From assembly GCA_964016885.1 (NCBI GenBank), contig OZ024740.1:402628001-402692000 (forward strand): 64,000 nt of DNA. Direction: 5' to 3'. The first letter of the stretch is position 1, and each line of letters opens with the position of its first letter. This stretch comes from Eledone cirrhosa. Lineage: Eukaryota. This document shows, piece after piece, positions 28,285 through 42,331 of the stretch. The position numbers were made by a program, and so were the translations under genes. Under the pieces are notes generated by a model. That model worked only from the letters and a program-made list of their open reading frames with translations. It had not been told where the DNA came from and made no database searches.

Positions 28285-28422
28285 TTAGCATAGTTACGTC
28301 CCTTTGCGATCTGAGTTCAAATCCCGTCGAGGTTAACTTTGCCTCTCATCCTTACGGGGTCGATAAAATAAAGTACCAGTAACGTACTGGGTAATTGCTG
28401 GCCTTGTACAAAGAGTGGAAAC

Positions 28423-28426
<4 letters not shown>
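28285..28426 (+). mobile_element. Family A SINE (5'-truncated)
   Basis: ctgagttcaaatcccgtcgaggttaactttgcctctcatccttacggggtcgataaaataaagtaccag. Confidence 0.85.
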
Positions 28427-28481
<55 letters not shown>

Positions 28482-28488
<7 letters not shown>

Positions 28489-28870
28489 GAAAGGTATAGA
28501 AATTGTTTTAGCGAGAAGCGAACAGTATTCCATAACATATATGCGACTATGGCGTCAAGATGGGAAAAATAGTTAACGTAAGATGTAGGAAAAATAATTG
28601 AAACTCATCTCAAAAGAGAATCAGGATATAAATTCATCCACAGAATTTAGTGAAATCCAGGGAAAAATCAATAGAGCCTTAACTCAGGATAAAATAAAGT
28701 CTAAAGTACTTATCCTTCAATTTGGAAAAACATCAAATGCTCTGTATAGTCTTAAAGACTATTTCATGAAAACTTTCAGTGGAGATGATCACGGTTGGAT
28801 TTCAATCGTCAGCAGAGCTCAACCAGATAACCAGGACTCTACCATCATGCGTGATTATGAAAAACGCACA
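28482..28870 (-). mobile_element. Non-autonomous PLE-like element, homologue of 11605-12347
   Basis: Colinear similarity to 11605-12030. Both ends in (TA)n. Contains an HHR. Confidence 0.75.
28739..28818 (-). ncRNA. Type I hammerhead ribozyme
   Basis: Minus strand: GCTCTG CTGACGA tTGAAA...TTTCAt GAAA TAGTCT tta AGACTA TA CAGAGC. Confidence 0.8.
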
Positions 28871-28873
28871 TGA

Positions 28874-28918
<45 letters not shown>

Positions 28919-28983
28919 CCATATATGTTTATATAGACAATTATGTATATATGTATTTGTGCATGTATGTATATACGAATATG

Positions 28984-29114
<131 letters not shown>

Positions 29115-29244
29115 GTATGCGTGTGTGTGTGCGTCCGTGTGTGTGTTCGCGCGTGTGTGTAGTGTAGTGTAGGTAGTACGGTGAAATACTGGTGTTGGGA
29201 CCAAATCAAGCTCTCTATGCACATGCAGGATGTATATAATAAAA

Positions 29245-29474
29245 AAACGAGGAAGTTTCGTTTACATATGAAAAATATTTATTGCGTATCGACATGTTAC
29301 GCGCGTTTCGCAGAGGATTGGCTCAAGGTAACCCATGGGATTTATGGACCCGACTCCAGTATCGATCTGCTCCTCGGACTGGTATTGGGTCTATAACTCC
29401 TATGGGTCACCTTGAGCCGATCCTCTGCGAAAAGCGCGTAATATTTTTCATATGTAAATGTAAGTTCCTCGTTT
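29245..29474. mobile_element. Diverged fold-back element with HHR 3' half on both arms
   Basis: ttacgcgcgtttcgcagaggattggctcaaggt... pairs with ...accttgagccgatcctctgcgaaaagcgcgtaa. The minus strand of the left arm reads GAAACGCGCGTA. Confidence 0.7.
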
Positions 29475-29632
29475 CTTCTTTGATATATATGAATGTGTGT
29501 GTAGATCGATTGAGAGAGATTTACAGTTGTTTTTTTATGAAATGCACTTATATAAGGAGTATAGATATATATATGTATAACATACATGTATTAATCGCTA
29601 TGTTTACAGATTTTTGTATACATAAATACAAA

Positions 29633-29712
<80 letters not shown>

Positions 29713-29716
<4 letters not shown>

Positions 29717-30180
29717 TGAATGTAATCTGAGTTTTTCGAATATTAATAAGAACATTCGATTCGTTCGCCATTATGCAAACAAGCCTCAATTTTATAGCCA
29801 TGTCAGTAGAATGAACAGTTCATTCTTGCTCTTATGTTGGCATGCGAACAGAACTGCAGACACTAATGTTTCTGCGTATCACCCTTCATCAGCACAGCTC
29901 ACTGTTCACCTGCCTACTGTCACAGCTAGTGAAAATATATGCTATTTTCAAAAATACACACTGACTGGTCGGCCTGATTTGCATATTAGCAGACCGACTG
30001 ATCAGTCAGATCTGCATATTAGCAGATCCACTGATCAGCCAGTTTGCATATCAGCAGACTGGCCATTCAGGGTCCTATACGAGCGATAAATAGCCGGCTT
30101 TGCCAAATTCAAATTAAAAAAAAAAACTCAGATTACATTTATTGTATTCAGCTATGTAGAGCGAAATTTTATTTTTTATT
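29713..30180. mobile_element. Short PLE-like element with inverted terminal piece, degenerate HHR and ~29 bp internal repeats
   Basis: aatgtaatctgagttttt (29719) pairs with aaaaactcagattacatt (30122). Bounded by (TA)n. Confidence 0.6.
29851..29900 (-). ncRNA. Degenerate type I hammerhead ribozyme
   Basis: Minus strand: GAGCTGTG CTGATGA agggtgatacgca GAAAC A ttag T GTC TGCAGTTC. Stem I uses G-U wobbles and stem II is weak. Confidence 0.65.
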
Positions 30181-30193
30181 ATATATATATATA

Positions 30194-31090
30194 CTAGCAG
30201 TAAAGCCCGGCGTTGTTCGGGGTTGCTCAGTAGCTGTGTTAAAGTTACACCGTTAAGTTCCTTTCCTGGCTTAAAAACTCTAGAGTCTACAGTGTAGAGT
30301 TTCATGTGGTACTTATGATTAATATTACCTCAACCAATAGTATGCCTTATGAAGTTAAGAAATCATAACCATAACCCGAATGTTAAAACAAAAGAGGATG
30401 CTGGGGATAAAAACTGCACTGGTAATTTATTAACAAAAATCGAAAATGTAAACACTGCAACACTTGTCTCAGAGAAAAACATCAGCGTAACCAAACTATC
30501 AGTTAATTTGAAACAAAGAAATTGGATGGACATGAACTAAAAAAAAAAAAAAATGCGTTATCTGTCTGTCGTTTAAAATCATTGCTTCTAAATGAAAATC
30601 TCATAAGGCTTTATTCGAGATCAAAGCTTTTTTTTTTACAAAATATTGGCTTGTTTTACGATGTATTCAAATAGGGTTGTTTTCAAGTTTAAATATTGTT
30701 TTAAAAGACTTTTTAATGGAAATGAAGCAAAATGGAAGCCTAATGTTGAAATTTCGTACTCATGAATTCTGCAGGTTAAAAGTTTGCTGGCCTGAAAGTT
30801 GTTCGTGTATTTTTGTACTTTTGCACGCGTCAGAATGACGCCATAAAAGGGAAATAACTCGTCTCTCATCTCTATTTATACATTTGAACTGAAAAATCAA
30901 TACATTACAAATTCAATTTTTGCACTTGGCGTGGGTCAATTTGAACATGTTTTTTACCGATGTCTCCGCCGGAGATTCATCTATAAGTGTAGGCATTTCA
31001 CCGAAATTTGAAGGTACACTTTAGGAGGAGATGTGTGCAGACCGTTTTAGTAGACAGACAGAGAGACAACCTCAGTTTTATATATATAGA
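30194..31090 (-). mobile_element. Non-autonomous Helitron
   Basis: The minus strand starts TCtatatatataaaa...ctgtctgtc and ends with hairpin cccgaacaacgccggg, 8 nt, then CTAG|T. Confidence 0.8.
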
Positions 31091-31766
31091 CTAGCAGAAA
31101 ACCACCCACTGGACTTTGGCTGCTGGAAATGGAAATTAAATCGTATTTAATTGTATTTAAATTTCTAACCTTATTTTATTATTTATATTTTTTCAATAAG
31201 AAATAAAAAATAAAAAAATAAAAATTGAAGAAAAAAATTGAACAAATCAAACGTAGGTTATGGAACTGCGCAATCTGATTAATAAATTACTTCATCAGCA
31301 GCAACCTTATTTAAATGGTCCTTATTATCAGCAGCAACAACCACAAATTCAATGGCAACCTTCTTCAAACCACAAATTCAATGGCAACCTTCTTCAAATG
31401 GTCCTTATTATCAGCAGCAAAAACGACAAATTCAATGGCAACCTTCTTCAAACCACAAATTCAATGGCAACCTTCTTCGCATGGTGTCAAGTCAGAACCG
31501 CCTCGAACTGGTTACTTCCGGCTTGTGCAAGGTGTCTCTATAGCAACCAGCGATTTCCTCGGCCTCAGTGACCAAAGTCAGTGGAGAGGGGAAGGTAATG
31601 TTTCTATAGCACGTGTTTTAGCGTCTATTCACTCTCTCTCTCTCTCCCTCCCGCTATCCCACTCTCGTATTCTGTCTCTTTCTTTCACTCTCACTCTCTC
31701 TCTACGCACGTGTTTCCACTGTCGGACAGACAGACAGAGAAATTGCTGGTTATATATATAAGTAGA
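31091..31766 (-). mobile_element. Second non-autonomous Helitron, directly abutting the first
   Basis: The minus strand starts A|TCtacttatatatataa...ctgtctgtctgtcc and ends ttttctgCTAG. The 3' hairpin is weak. Confidence 0.65.
31290..31478 (+). repeat. Composite minisatellite inside the Helitron
   Basis: caaattcaatggcaaccttcttc occurs four times, interleaved with aatggtccttattatcagcagcaa twice. Confidence 0.9.
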
Positions 31767-31774
31767 TATATATA

Positions 31775-32387
31775 AGAAAAAAAGATGAAATCGAAAATAC
31801 AACTGGAGTCTTTTTAAGAATATTTATATGTTTCCTTATTTGGTTTTTCACGCATCTGGTTGGTGTTAGAATGGTACTTCTGTTTTATGTGGAAAAGTGT
31901 GGCTCGAAATGCTAGGTTTTTTAGAAAAGTAATTTGGTTGGTTGATGACTGTCGTGCTTATTCAACCAACAAAGTTTCACTCATATATGAAAAACCATCT
32001 GAATAACGCCCCCTACCCACCACCCCCAATTTTTTAAAAAGGCAAATATAATAAGAACTTTGTAACGCGAACTGGCGCGAAATGTATTAAACTAATTCAG
32101 GTGACAGTCATCAACCAGCCAAATTTTCTAAAAACCTAGCATTTCGAGCCAATTTTTCCACATAAAACAGAAGTAACATTCCAACACCAACAAGATGTGA
32201 GAAAAACCACAAACGCTCCATCTCACTTCTACTTTTGAAAAGCATAAGAACTGTGAATCCGGTAAAGGAAACAAATAATTATTCTTAAAAAGACTCCAGT
32301 TGCATTTTCGATTTCATCTCTTTTCCTTATACTTTCACTCGTGTAGGACAGTTCTGTTTTTTTCATTTTGAAAAAAAACCTCATTTT

Positions 32388-32434
<47 letters not shown>

Positions 32435-32520
32435 CAAAAATGGAGGGTTTTTTTCAAATTGAAAAAAAAAAGAGATGTCCTACACGAGTGAAAGTATAAG
32501 GAAAAGAGATGAAATCGATA
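31775..32520. mobile_element. Long fold-back PLE-like element plus inverted tail copy across (TA)n
   Basis: 31777-31822 mirrors 32278-32325, 31860-31954 mirrors 32103-32191, and 32433-32518 mirrors 32308-32388. A degenerate GAA(t)CCGGTA lies near 32255. Confidence 0.75.
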
Positions 32521-32571
32521 TATATATATATATATATATATATGCTTATATACATATATATATATATAGAC

Positions 32572-32716
<145 letters not shown>

Positions 32717-32834
32717 CACACACACACATATATGTAAATATATATATATATAAACACACATATATATACACATGTATATATATATATACATACACACACA
32801 CATATATATATACATATATATATGTATATATATT

Positions 32835-33938
<1,104 letters not shown>

Positions 33939-34686
33939 GTGTGTGTGTATGTGTGTGTGTGGAAATAAATGAGAAAAACAACATACGGCATGATAATATA
34001 TAATGAAGATACATACATACATATAGTATGAAGCCTGTCTTTAGATTATTTACAAAGTATAGATAGGATATCATAAATTCGACATATTAAGAAAATGGCT
34101 GTGATTCGGCCTTTGCAATTTAACACACCCATAAAACATCAATTCAATAGAAAAATAATTTTAATAGAACGTCTACACGCCCATATCCATCAATAATACG
34201 CTATTTTATATTTCAGCCATTGAAACAAAATAATGTTTTTGTTTTTTTTTTACTTCGTCCCTAGAATAGTTTACTTCATCTCAGTTGCCCAGCAATATTT
34301 ATTATATTTACTAAGATGTTGAATGCAAAGTCATAAAGTAAAGAATAATACAGCTTAAACTCGTACGCACGATCATGTTCATAGGTATATTGAGTTAGTA
34401 GGAAATTTATAGAGAGAAAAGTAGAAAAAATGATACACAAAATAAATATGGTTTTAGAAGTTACATAAATACCTAATACATAATCACATTCTGTTTACTA
34501 TGTATGTTTCAGTTGAACGGATAGTTTTATTGAAACACACAACTACACACGTACACAAACACACTAACCTACGTACACATATATGTACACATATATAAGA
34601 CACGTACATTTCTGCGAATGTTTAGACACAAATTTATACCTGTAGACACATATGCGCACACTCACGCACACACACACATATATCTA

Positions 34687-34732
<46 letters not shown>

Positions 34733-34734
<2 letters not shown>

Positions 34735-37028
34735 GTAGGAGGTGAGTTTTATTGTCAGTACAATAAAGCAATGCAGATATCGGATAAGAAGCATTCTACA
34801 GTTTGTAGGACTGGAGTATACATAATATATAAGATCAAAAGATGGTTAAAGGAGTTCCATGTATTTTATTATGCGCATTTCAAAACCAAACATCATCATG
34901 CAATAATATTTGTGTTTTCATCAGATAAAACAGGAGGACATGATATGAAGGCTAAAAAACACTTGTGGATAGTGCAGTTTTAAATCAACATATGAAAAGT
35001 AATTTTAGATTGATGTGTGATATTGGGAAAATATTTTGTTTAGAGAGGGGGGGTGGAAAGGATGAAAAAAAGGGGGAGGAGATGAGAGTGAAGGTGGAGA
35101 GGGAGAGATGGGTGATAGAGAGAAAGAGATAGTTTTTATAACTGAGAAAAGAAATATTGTTTTACATAGAGAGGTTGAACACCGTTGGAAGATAATGTAT
35201 AAATTAAAATTAAAAGAATTTGAAAATTAACGAAGGGAAAAATATGTACGAAGAAGGAGAGGAAGTTAATATGTATTGAGATTAAAAAGTTTGATGATAG
35301 AGAGAAAAGAATAATGTATTGCGGATGAATATTCTAACGTCAAAAAAAAAATTGTGTGTATGTTTACAAGTATTATGTAAATTTGAAAATTAACGAAGAG
35401 AAAAAATTATTAAGGTTTGTGTATTGAAGGATTTGAGAATAATAATGTGAAGTTAAGGTTTGTATATTGAAGGAATTGATAATATGTGCGAAGAAAGAGT
35501 TAATATGTATTAAGAATGAGTTAGATGATGGGGAGAAAAAAATATAATAAATTAAGGATGAATAATCTAGCGTCAAAAACAAATGTATATGTTACGAAGG
35601 ATTTTACAAGGTGAAGATAGAGTGAGGGTAATGAGTAAACAAGTATTATAGAGTGTATAATACCCTTTGAAGTAAGGTAGGAAGATAGGTATATTTTAAA
35701 AGAGGTGTATGTATATGTGCCTTTGAGAAAAGATTCTATATTGATAAAGAATTGAATATTAGCTGTATACTTTGTGAAAAGTCTTATGGAATTTATGCAA
35801 GCAGATAGAAAACAAATCTGTACGTCTATTTATTATAGAATCTAGATTAGAGATAATGGTAAATTTTTCATTTAAGCAGAGATTACAGATTTTAGATAGA
35901 GAGCTGTTCAAGTATGATGACGCAGAAGAAACCTTCTTCCAAAAGATGGTATATTTAATGTTTTTGTCTTTCAAGGACCATATGAGTTCTGAGAGAACCG
36001 TGTTGGTTCTTTTAAGTTTGTATTTAAAAGATGAATGATGATTATAGAGACGAGCTTTAAAAGAGGTGGAAGTGGAGCCAAAATAGGTGAAGGAATTGGT
36101 GCTAGTTATAACTTTACATTCATAAATTAAGTTTTTATCAAGACAATGGTTGTTGAGAGGACATTTATTTTTAATGCGGCAGTTGCAATTCGAGAGATTA
36201 TTAATGAGTGACCTAGTGTTATCTATAGAAGGAATTGGATTGGAGAAGTTGTTTGCGATAGGAATAATAGTTTCTTGATTTAGAGTTGGATTATGAACAT
36301 TTAGCGAAGTTGTGTTTGACGTTGTATTTGGGTTTACAGAAATTAGCCTAGGGTTTACAATGACGTCAGGAGTACTATTACTGTTATTATGAAATTCAGT
36401 GTTGGAAGGAAGAGATTTAGTATTTAGTATTTTATTGTTGTGTTTAGAGATAATGTTGGAAATATTGGAGGATGTAGAATAAGAAAATTTGATGGTGTGT
36501 TTGTTAAATATTTTACTATAGATATGTGAGGGAGGGAAGTATTTATTTAAGGCACTAAAGAATAATTTAGGAATATTGTTATTAATAGAGATGGAGAAAG
36601 GAGCATTATACCAGATTGTGTTTTTGTATCTAGGTCTTTTATTAAAGTTATTGGAATGATCATGATTAATTATTCTACTGTAAGTTTTTCTAGAATTTGT
36701 TTCTTTACTATATTTGATTTTATCAGGATAGCCGGCTTTAGAAAGTGCGTTATTATAGTAATTGGCGTTAGCATCAAAGATGTTTTTATTAGAAGATATG
36801 TTAGATATTCTTTTTCCAATATTACTAACTATAGCATTCTTGATATTGGTAGGATGGTTAGATTTAAAGTTAACATAATTTAGGTTCTCATTGTTTTTAT
36901 GGTCAGGGTAATATAGGCCAGTGTCAAGATTAAGAGATACATCCAAGAAATTAGCTAGTTTGATACTGTTATCAAATTCAATTTTTAGGTATATTGTTCT
37001 TAATAATATTAAGGTTAACTATATTGCA
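34733..37028 (-). mobile_element. 5'-truncated Naiad-like Penelope element: RT thumb, Zn motif, GIY-YIG, 3' UTR, HHR-bearing pseudo-LTR
   Basis: ORF 36946-35759 has NYVNFKSNHP, IWYNAPFS, YSKIFNKHTIKFSYS, CNCRIKNKCPLNNHC, LIYEC...YFGSTSTSFKARLYNH and CNLCLNEK. The 3' end abuts (TA)n at 34732. Confidence 0.92.
34862..34932 (-). ncRNA. Minimal type I hammerhead ribozyme in the PLE pseudo-LTR
   Basis: Minus strand: TGTTTTAT CTGATGA AAAC..CAAATATT...GATGTTTG.GTTT t GAAA TGCGCA TA ATAAAATA. Confidence 0.8.
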
Positions 37029-37928
37029 CTTAAATATTCTGACATCACCACAGATGAACTTCACATCATCCTCACCGCACGTAAAACAATCCTAGAGTTC
37101 AACAACGAATATTGGACCAGAGCCGATACCTCTAACAACTTCGACATCACAATGGGAGCATCCGATTCATCCCAATTGACTGATTTAATTGGTATCTTTA
37201 TTTTGAACTCTTTGAGTCGGAAAATTCCTCAACTTCGCGGTGGAATTTATCGTGACGATGGACTCTTTACTATCTTAAATTGCAATATAGTTAACCTTAA
37301 TATTATTAAGAACAATATACGTAATCTCTTTAACCAACATAACCTAAAAATTGAATTTGATAACAGTATCAAACTAGCTAATTTCTTGGATGTATCTCTT
37401 AATCTTGACACTGGCCTATATTACCCTGACCATAAAAACAATGAGAACCTAAATTATGTTAACTTTAAATCTAACCATCCTACCAATATCAAGAATGCTA
37501 TAGTTAGTAATATTGGAAAAAGAATATCTAACATATCTTCTAATAAAAACATCTTTGATGCTAACGTCAATTACTATAATAACACACTTTCTAAAGCCGG
37601 CTATCCTGATAAAATCAAATATAGTAAAGAAACAAATTCTAGAAGATCTTACAGTAGAATAATTAATCATGATCATTCCAATAACTTTAATAAAAGACCA
37701 GATACAAAAACATAATCTGGTATAATGCTCCTTTCTCCATCTCTATTAATAACAATATTCCTAAATTATTCTTTAGTGCCTTAAATAAATACTTCCCTCC
37801 CTCACATATCTATAGTAAAATATTTAACAAACACACCATCAAATTTTCTTATTCTACATCCTCCAATATTTCCAACATTATCTCTAAACACAACAATAAC
37901 ATACTAAATACTAAATCTCTTCCTTCCA
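37025..37928 (+). mobile_element. Inverted partial copy of the same PLE (RT core)
   Basis: FDITMGASDSSQLTDLIG...GIYRDDGL...NFLDVSLNL. 37281-37928 is a near-identical reverse complement of ~36404-37028. Confidence 0.92.
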
Positions 37929-38030
37929 AGGCAAAGTTAACCTCGGCGGGATTTGAACTCAGACTGTAAAGGGACGTAACTATGCTAGAAAGCATGGCGT
38001 CCGACTCTCTACCGATACTGCCAATTCCCC
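37929..38030 (-). mobile_element. Family A SINE 5' half
   Basis: ggcaaagttaacctcggcgggatttgaactcag...taccgatactgccaa. Confidence 0.85.
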
Positions 38031-39702
38031 ATATAACGTCAAAAAAATATGTTTACAACATTTCTCTAATGGTAATATTAGTATATATTAAAAATAAAAA
38101 TGTGTATGGCCGAGAATATAAGGAAAATGCTATATTGAGTCATAAGATGAATCAAGAAGTAATTGAGAAGTAACAGTTACAGATTAAAGATTAGAAATTA
38201 AAAAAGAAACTAATCATGAGTATCTGGAGTCTATAAACTTGGAAGCTTCTGAGATTATGTCTAAACTTGGCATCGAGAAAAAGACCGAACCATTCTTCCC
38301 AAGAACTCCGAGGATAAATCTTAAAGATCACAAAAGTAATTTTCGAACGGAACTGCCTCTTAGACTAATCGCCCCCCTCTAAATCCAATCTGGGGGTTGT
38401 TAGTAAATCCATCTTGGATAGAATTATCCCACAGGTTCGTTCTAATTGCTCTATTACTAACCTAAATTGATGGATTGGTACATTTGATGTAATTGACTGG
38501 TTCAATGACCTGAATAATTAAAACAAACAAAAATGTATTCAGTTTGACATTGCCAGTTACTATTTTTCTATTTCGCCTTCACTCCTCTTTTGCATTTAAA
38601 TATTCTCTCTCTTTTGCATTTAAATATTCTGACATCACCACAGATGAACTGTACATCATTCTCACCGCAAGAAAAACTATCCTGGAATTCAACAACGAAT
38701 ATTGGACTAGAGCTGATACTTCCAACAATTTTGATATCACAATGGGTTCGTCTGATTCAGCGCAATTGACGGACTTGATTGGAATCTTTATTTTGAATTC
38801 TTCAAGTATTATTATTAAGAATAATATACTTTATCTATTTAAGCACTATAACCTAAAAATTGAATTTGAAAACATCGTCAAACTAGCTAACTTCCTGGAT
38901 ATATCCCTTAATCTTGACACCGGCCTATATTACCCTTACCATAAAGAGAATGAGAATCTAAATTATGTTAATTTTAAATCTAACCAACCTATTAACGTTA
39001 AAAATGTCAGTAATAGTCAGTAATGCTGAAAAAAGAATCTCAAATCTATCTTCTAATAAACTTATCTTTGACGCTAAAGCCAATTATTACAACAATGTGC
39101 TTTGCAGAGTCGGTTATCGTGACAAAATTAAATATAGTAATGAAACCAATCAACGAGGAACTTATAGTAATATAGTTAGTTATAAGTATTCCAATCGCAT
39201 AAAGAAAAGACCTAGATATAAAAATATGATGTGGTACAATGCTCCTTTTTCTCTATCTATTATTAGTAATATTCCTAAAGTATTTTTTAGGGCCTTAGAT
39301 AAATGCTTCCCTCCTTCATATATTTATAGTAAGATCTTTAATAAGCATACAATTAAATTCTCTTATTCCACCACTTCCAACATCGCTAACATTATCTCAA
39401 AACATAATACTAAAATATTAAGTAATAAATCATATCCATCCAACACTGAGCGTCATAATAATAACAATAGTAAGCCCGACATCAATGTTAACTCTAGGCT
39501 AGACTCCGTAAATTTAAATACGACGTCAAACGTAACTTTGTCGAATGTTCATAATACCAATCTAAATCAGGAAACTTTAGCACCTATCGTAAGTAACTTC
39601 TCCAATTCAATAACTCTGGTAATTTCTCTAATCGTAATTGCAATTGCCCTATTAGAACAAGGAAGAAAAAATATATAACGTCAACAAAAATATGTTTACA
39701 AA
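38031..39702 (+). mobile_element. Decayed Naiad-like PLE copy (RT N-terminus to Zn motif, internal deletion)
   Basis: PSKSNLGVVSKSILDRI...LN*W...IDWF...CIQFDIASYY, FDITMGSSDSAQLTDLIG, a deleted YRDD segment, MWYNAPFS and NCNC. Stops and frameshifts are present. Confidence 0.88.
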
Positions 39703-39719
39703 ACTATTGTTATTATTAT

Positions 39720-40057
39720 GAGGCGGTGGATTGGCAGTATCGATAGAGGGTCGGATGCCATGCTTTGAAGCATAGAGTTACCTCCCTGTATGATCTGAGT
39801 TCAAATCCCGCCGAGGTTAACTTTGCCTTTCATCCTTCCGGGGTCGATAGAATAAAGTACCAGTAACGCAGTGGGTAATTGCTGGCCTTGTGCCAAAAGT
39901 AGAAACAATTATTATGAGGCTCAGTGTTGGATGGATATGATTTATTACTTAATATATATATATAAGTTAACCTCGGCGGGATTTGAACTCAGACCGTAAT
40001 GAGCCTTAACATTATGCTACAGAGCATTGTGTCTGAGACTCTACCGATACTGCCAAA
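39720..40057. mobile_element. Family A SINE (+, 39720-39913) and partial copy (-, 39965-40057)
   Basis: Match to the family A consensus seen elsewhere in the window. Confidence 0.85.
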
Positions 40058-40524
40058 TAATGATGATAATAATAGCAGAAACCAAGTACAAGAAGAAGAA
40101 GAAGAAATAGAAAAGCGCTATTCTCCAACATAAATTATGGGATCGTCGCTTCCTTCTTGACGGGAGCTGGAATATAAAATGAATGTTCTTCATTTCTTGA
40201 AACCCCAAAACACACAGAGTGTCTATTTAGTGACAAAGGTTTATATCTATCTTTTAATTTGATTACAAATCTTGTACCTTTTATATATCCTGTCTCCAAC
40301 TCCTCCATCGAGAGGACATTGGCTCTTCTCCTCGTCCTTTCCTTCTGAATATCGTTCGATTAATATGTTTGTGTTGTGCAACATAATTCCTCTATATTGT
40401 CTCCCTCAGTTGGCTTAATCACGTCAAATCATGTTGACTAAGGATATGTGCAAATGGTGCAACAGTAGCAGTAATACAATGATGACACTATAATAATAAC
40501 AACAACAGCAGCTATGATAATAAT

Positions 40525-40975
40525 ATTTGTTTCTACTATCGGCACCAGGCCAGCAGTTTGGGGAGATGAGAAATTCGATTAAATCGACCCCAGTGCATTG
40601 CTGGTGCTTTATTTTATCGATCACGTATGGATGAAAGGCAAAGCTAACCTCAGTGGGGTGTGAACTCAGAACGTAAAAAGCCGTAACTCTATGCTACGAA
40701 GCATGTTGTCCGACGTTCTATCGATTCTGCCAATAAGTACAGAAGGAAAATTGAAAAAAAAAAAAGGAATGCCAAGATCAAGTGTTTTTGCTATGGTAGT
40801 TAAATGCTATAATTTTTTCTACTTTTGGCACAAGGCCAGCAATTACCCAGTGCATTGCTGGTACTTTATTTTATCGACCCCGTAAGGATGAAAGACAAAG
40901 TCAACCTCTGCGGGATTTGAACTCAGACCGTAAAGGGACGTAACTATGCTGGAAAGCATGGCGTCCGACCCTCTA
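40525..40975 (-). mobile_element. Two family A SINE copies (40525-40733, 40815-40975)
   Basis: Reverse-complement match to family A. Confidence 0.85.
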
Positions 40976-41325
40976 AAGAGTAGTTAAACGAATAAATTAA
41001 GGAAGCATGTCAAACAAGCGGAAGAAGAAAGCACAAACTTTAATGAAGTGACTGAAAGTAAAAGAAAATAAAGAGGTAATATAAGCAGTCAACAGCATAG
41101 CACCACCTCCTCCGATCACTAACTCCTCCTATTACCACATGTTTCAATCATTATGAACAACATCATTATTATTATCGTCGTCGTAGTCGTCATCGTCGTC
41201 ATAGTCATCATTATAAACAACACCAACAACACCACCCACCACCACCGCCATCATCATCATCATCATCAAGATTATCGTCGTCATCGTCGTCATAGTCGTC
41301 ATTATAAACACCACCCTGCACCACC

Positions 41326-41359
<34 letters not shown>

Positions 41360-41590
41360 TTTTTATTATGCGCAGTGTATTTATCATCACTATCAACATC
41401 ATCAGGTACAGTATAAGCATCCACAACATTAACAAACACACAAAAGAAAACAAGAAAAGTCGTAAAAGCAATAAAGTGTTTGTGTTTATATGGATGTATA
41501 TGCACCTATACGTTTACACACATGTATAGAAGAACATGGGTATATATAACGATACATACACACAGACAAGTATTTTCTAAATTGTGTGAT

Positions 41591-41665
<75 letters not shown>

Positions 41666-41675
41666 TTGTTCAGCT

Positions 41676-41741
<66 letters not shown>

Positions 41742-41802
41742 TGTGTGTAATTGGGTGTGTTTGTGTGTATGTATATATATATGATATTTGTATATATATA
41801 TA

Positions 41803-41860
<58 letters not shown>

Positions 41861-41899
41861 TATATACAGATATAGATATATACATATACATATACATTT

Positions 41900-41953
<54 letters not shown>

Positions 41954-41976
41954 ATATATATATATATATGTATATG

Positions 41977-42051
<75 letters not shown>

Positions 42052-42054
42052 GTA

Positions 42055-42101
<47 letters not shown>

Positions 42102-42104
42102 GTA

Positions 42105-42145
<41 letters not shown>

Positions 42146-42156
42146 GTATATATATA

Positions 42157-42331
<175 letters not shown>

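Noticed and set aside
31260-31761. Gln-rich repetitive ORFs
   Set aside because: They are translations of the minisatellite within a non-autonomous Helitron.
38468-38470. In-frame TGA in PLE RT as possible selenocysteine (some Naiads encode selenoproteins)
   Set aside because: The same copy has a TAA and frameshifts nearby, the better copy's Zn motif uses ordinary Cys codons, and I identified no SECIS.
41153-41505. His/Pro/Asp-rich ORFs
   Set aside because: They derive from (CAT)n/(CAC)n/(CGT)n trinucleotide repeats.
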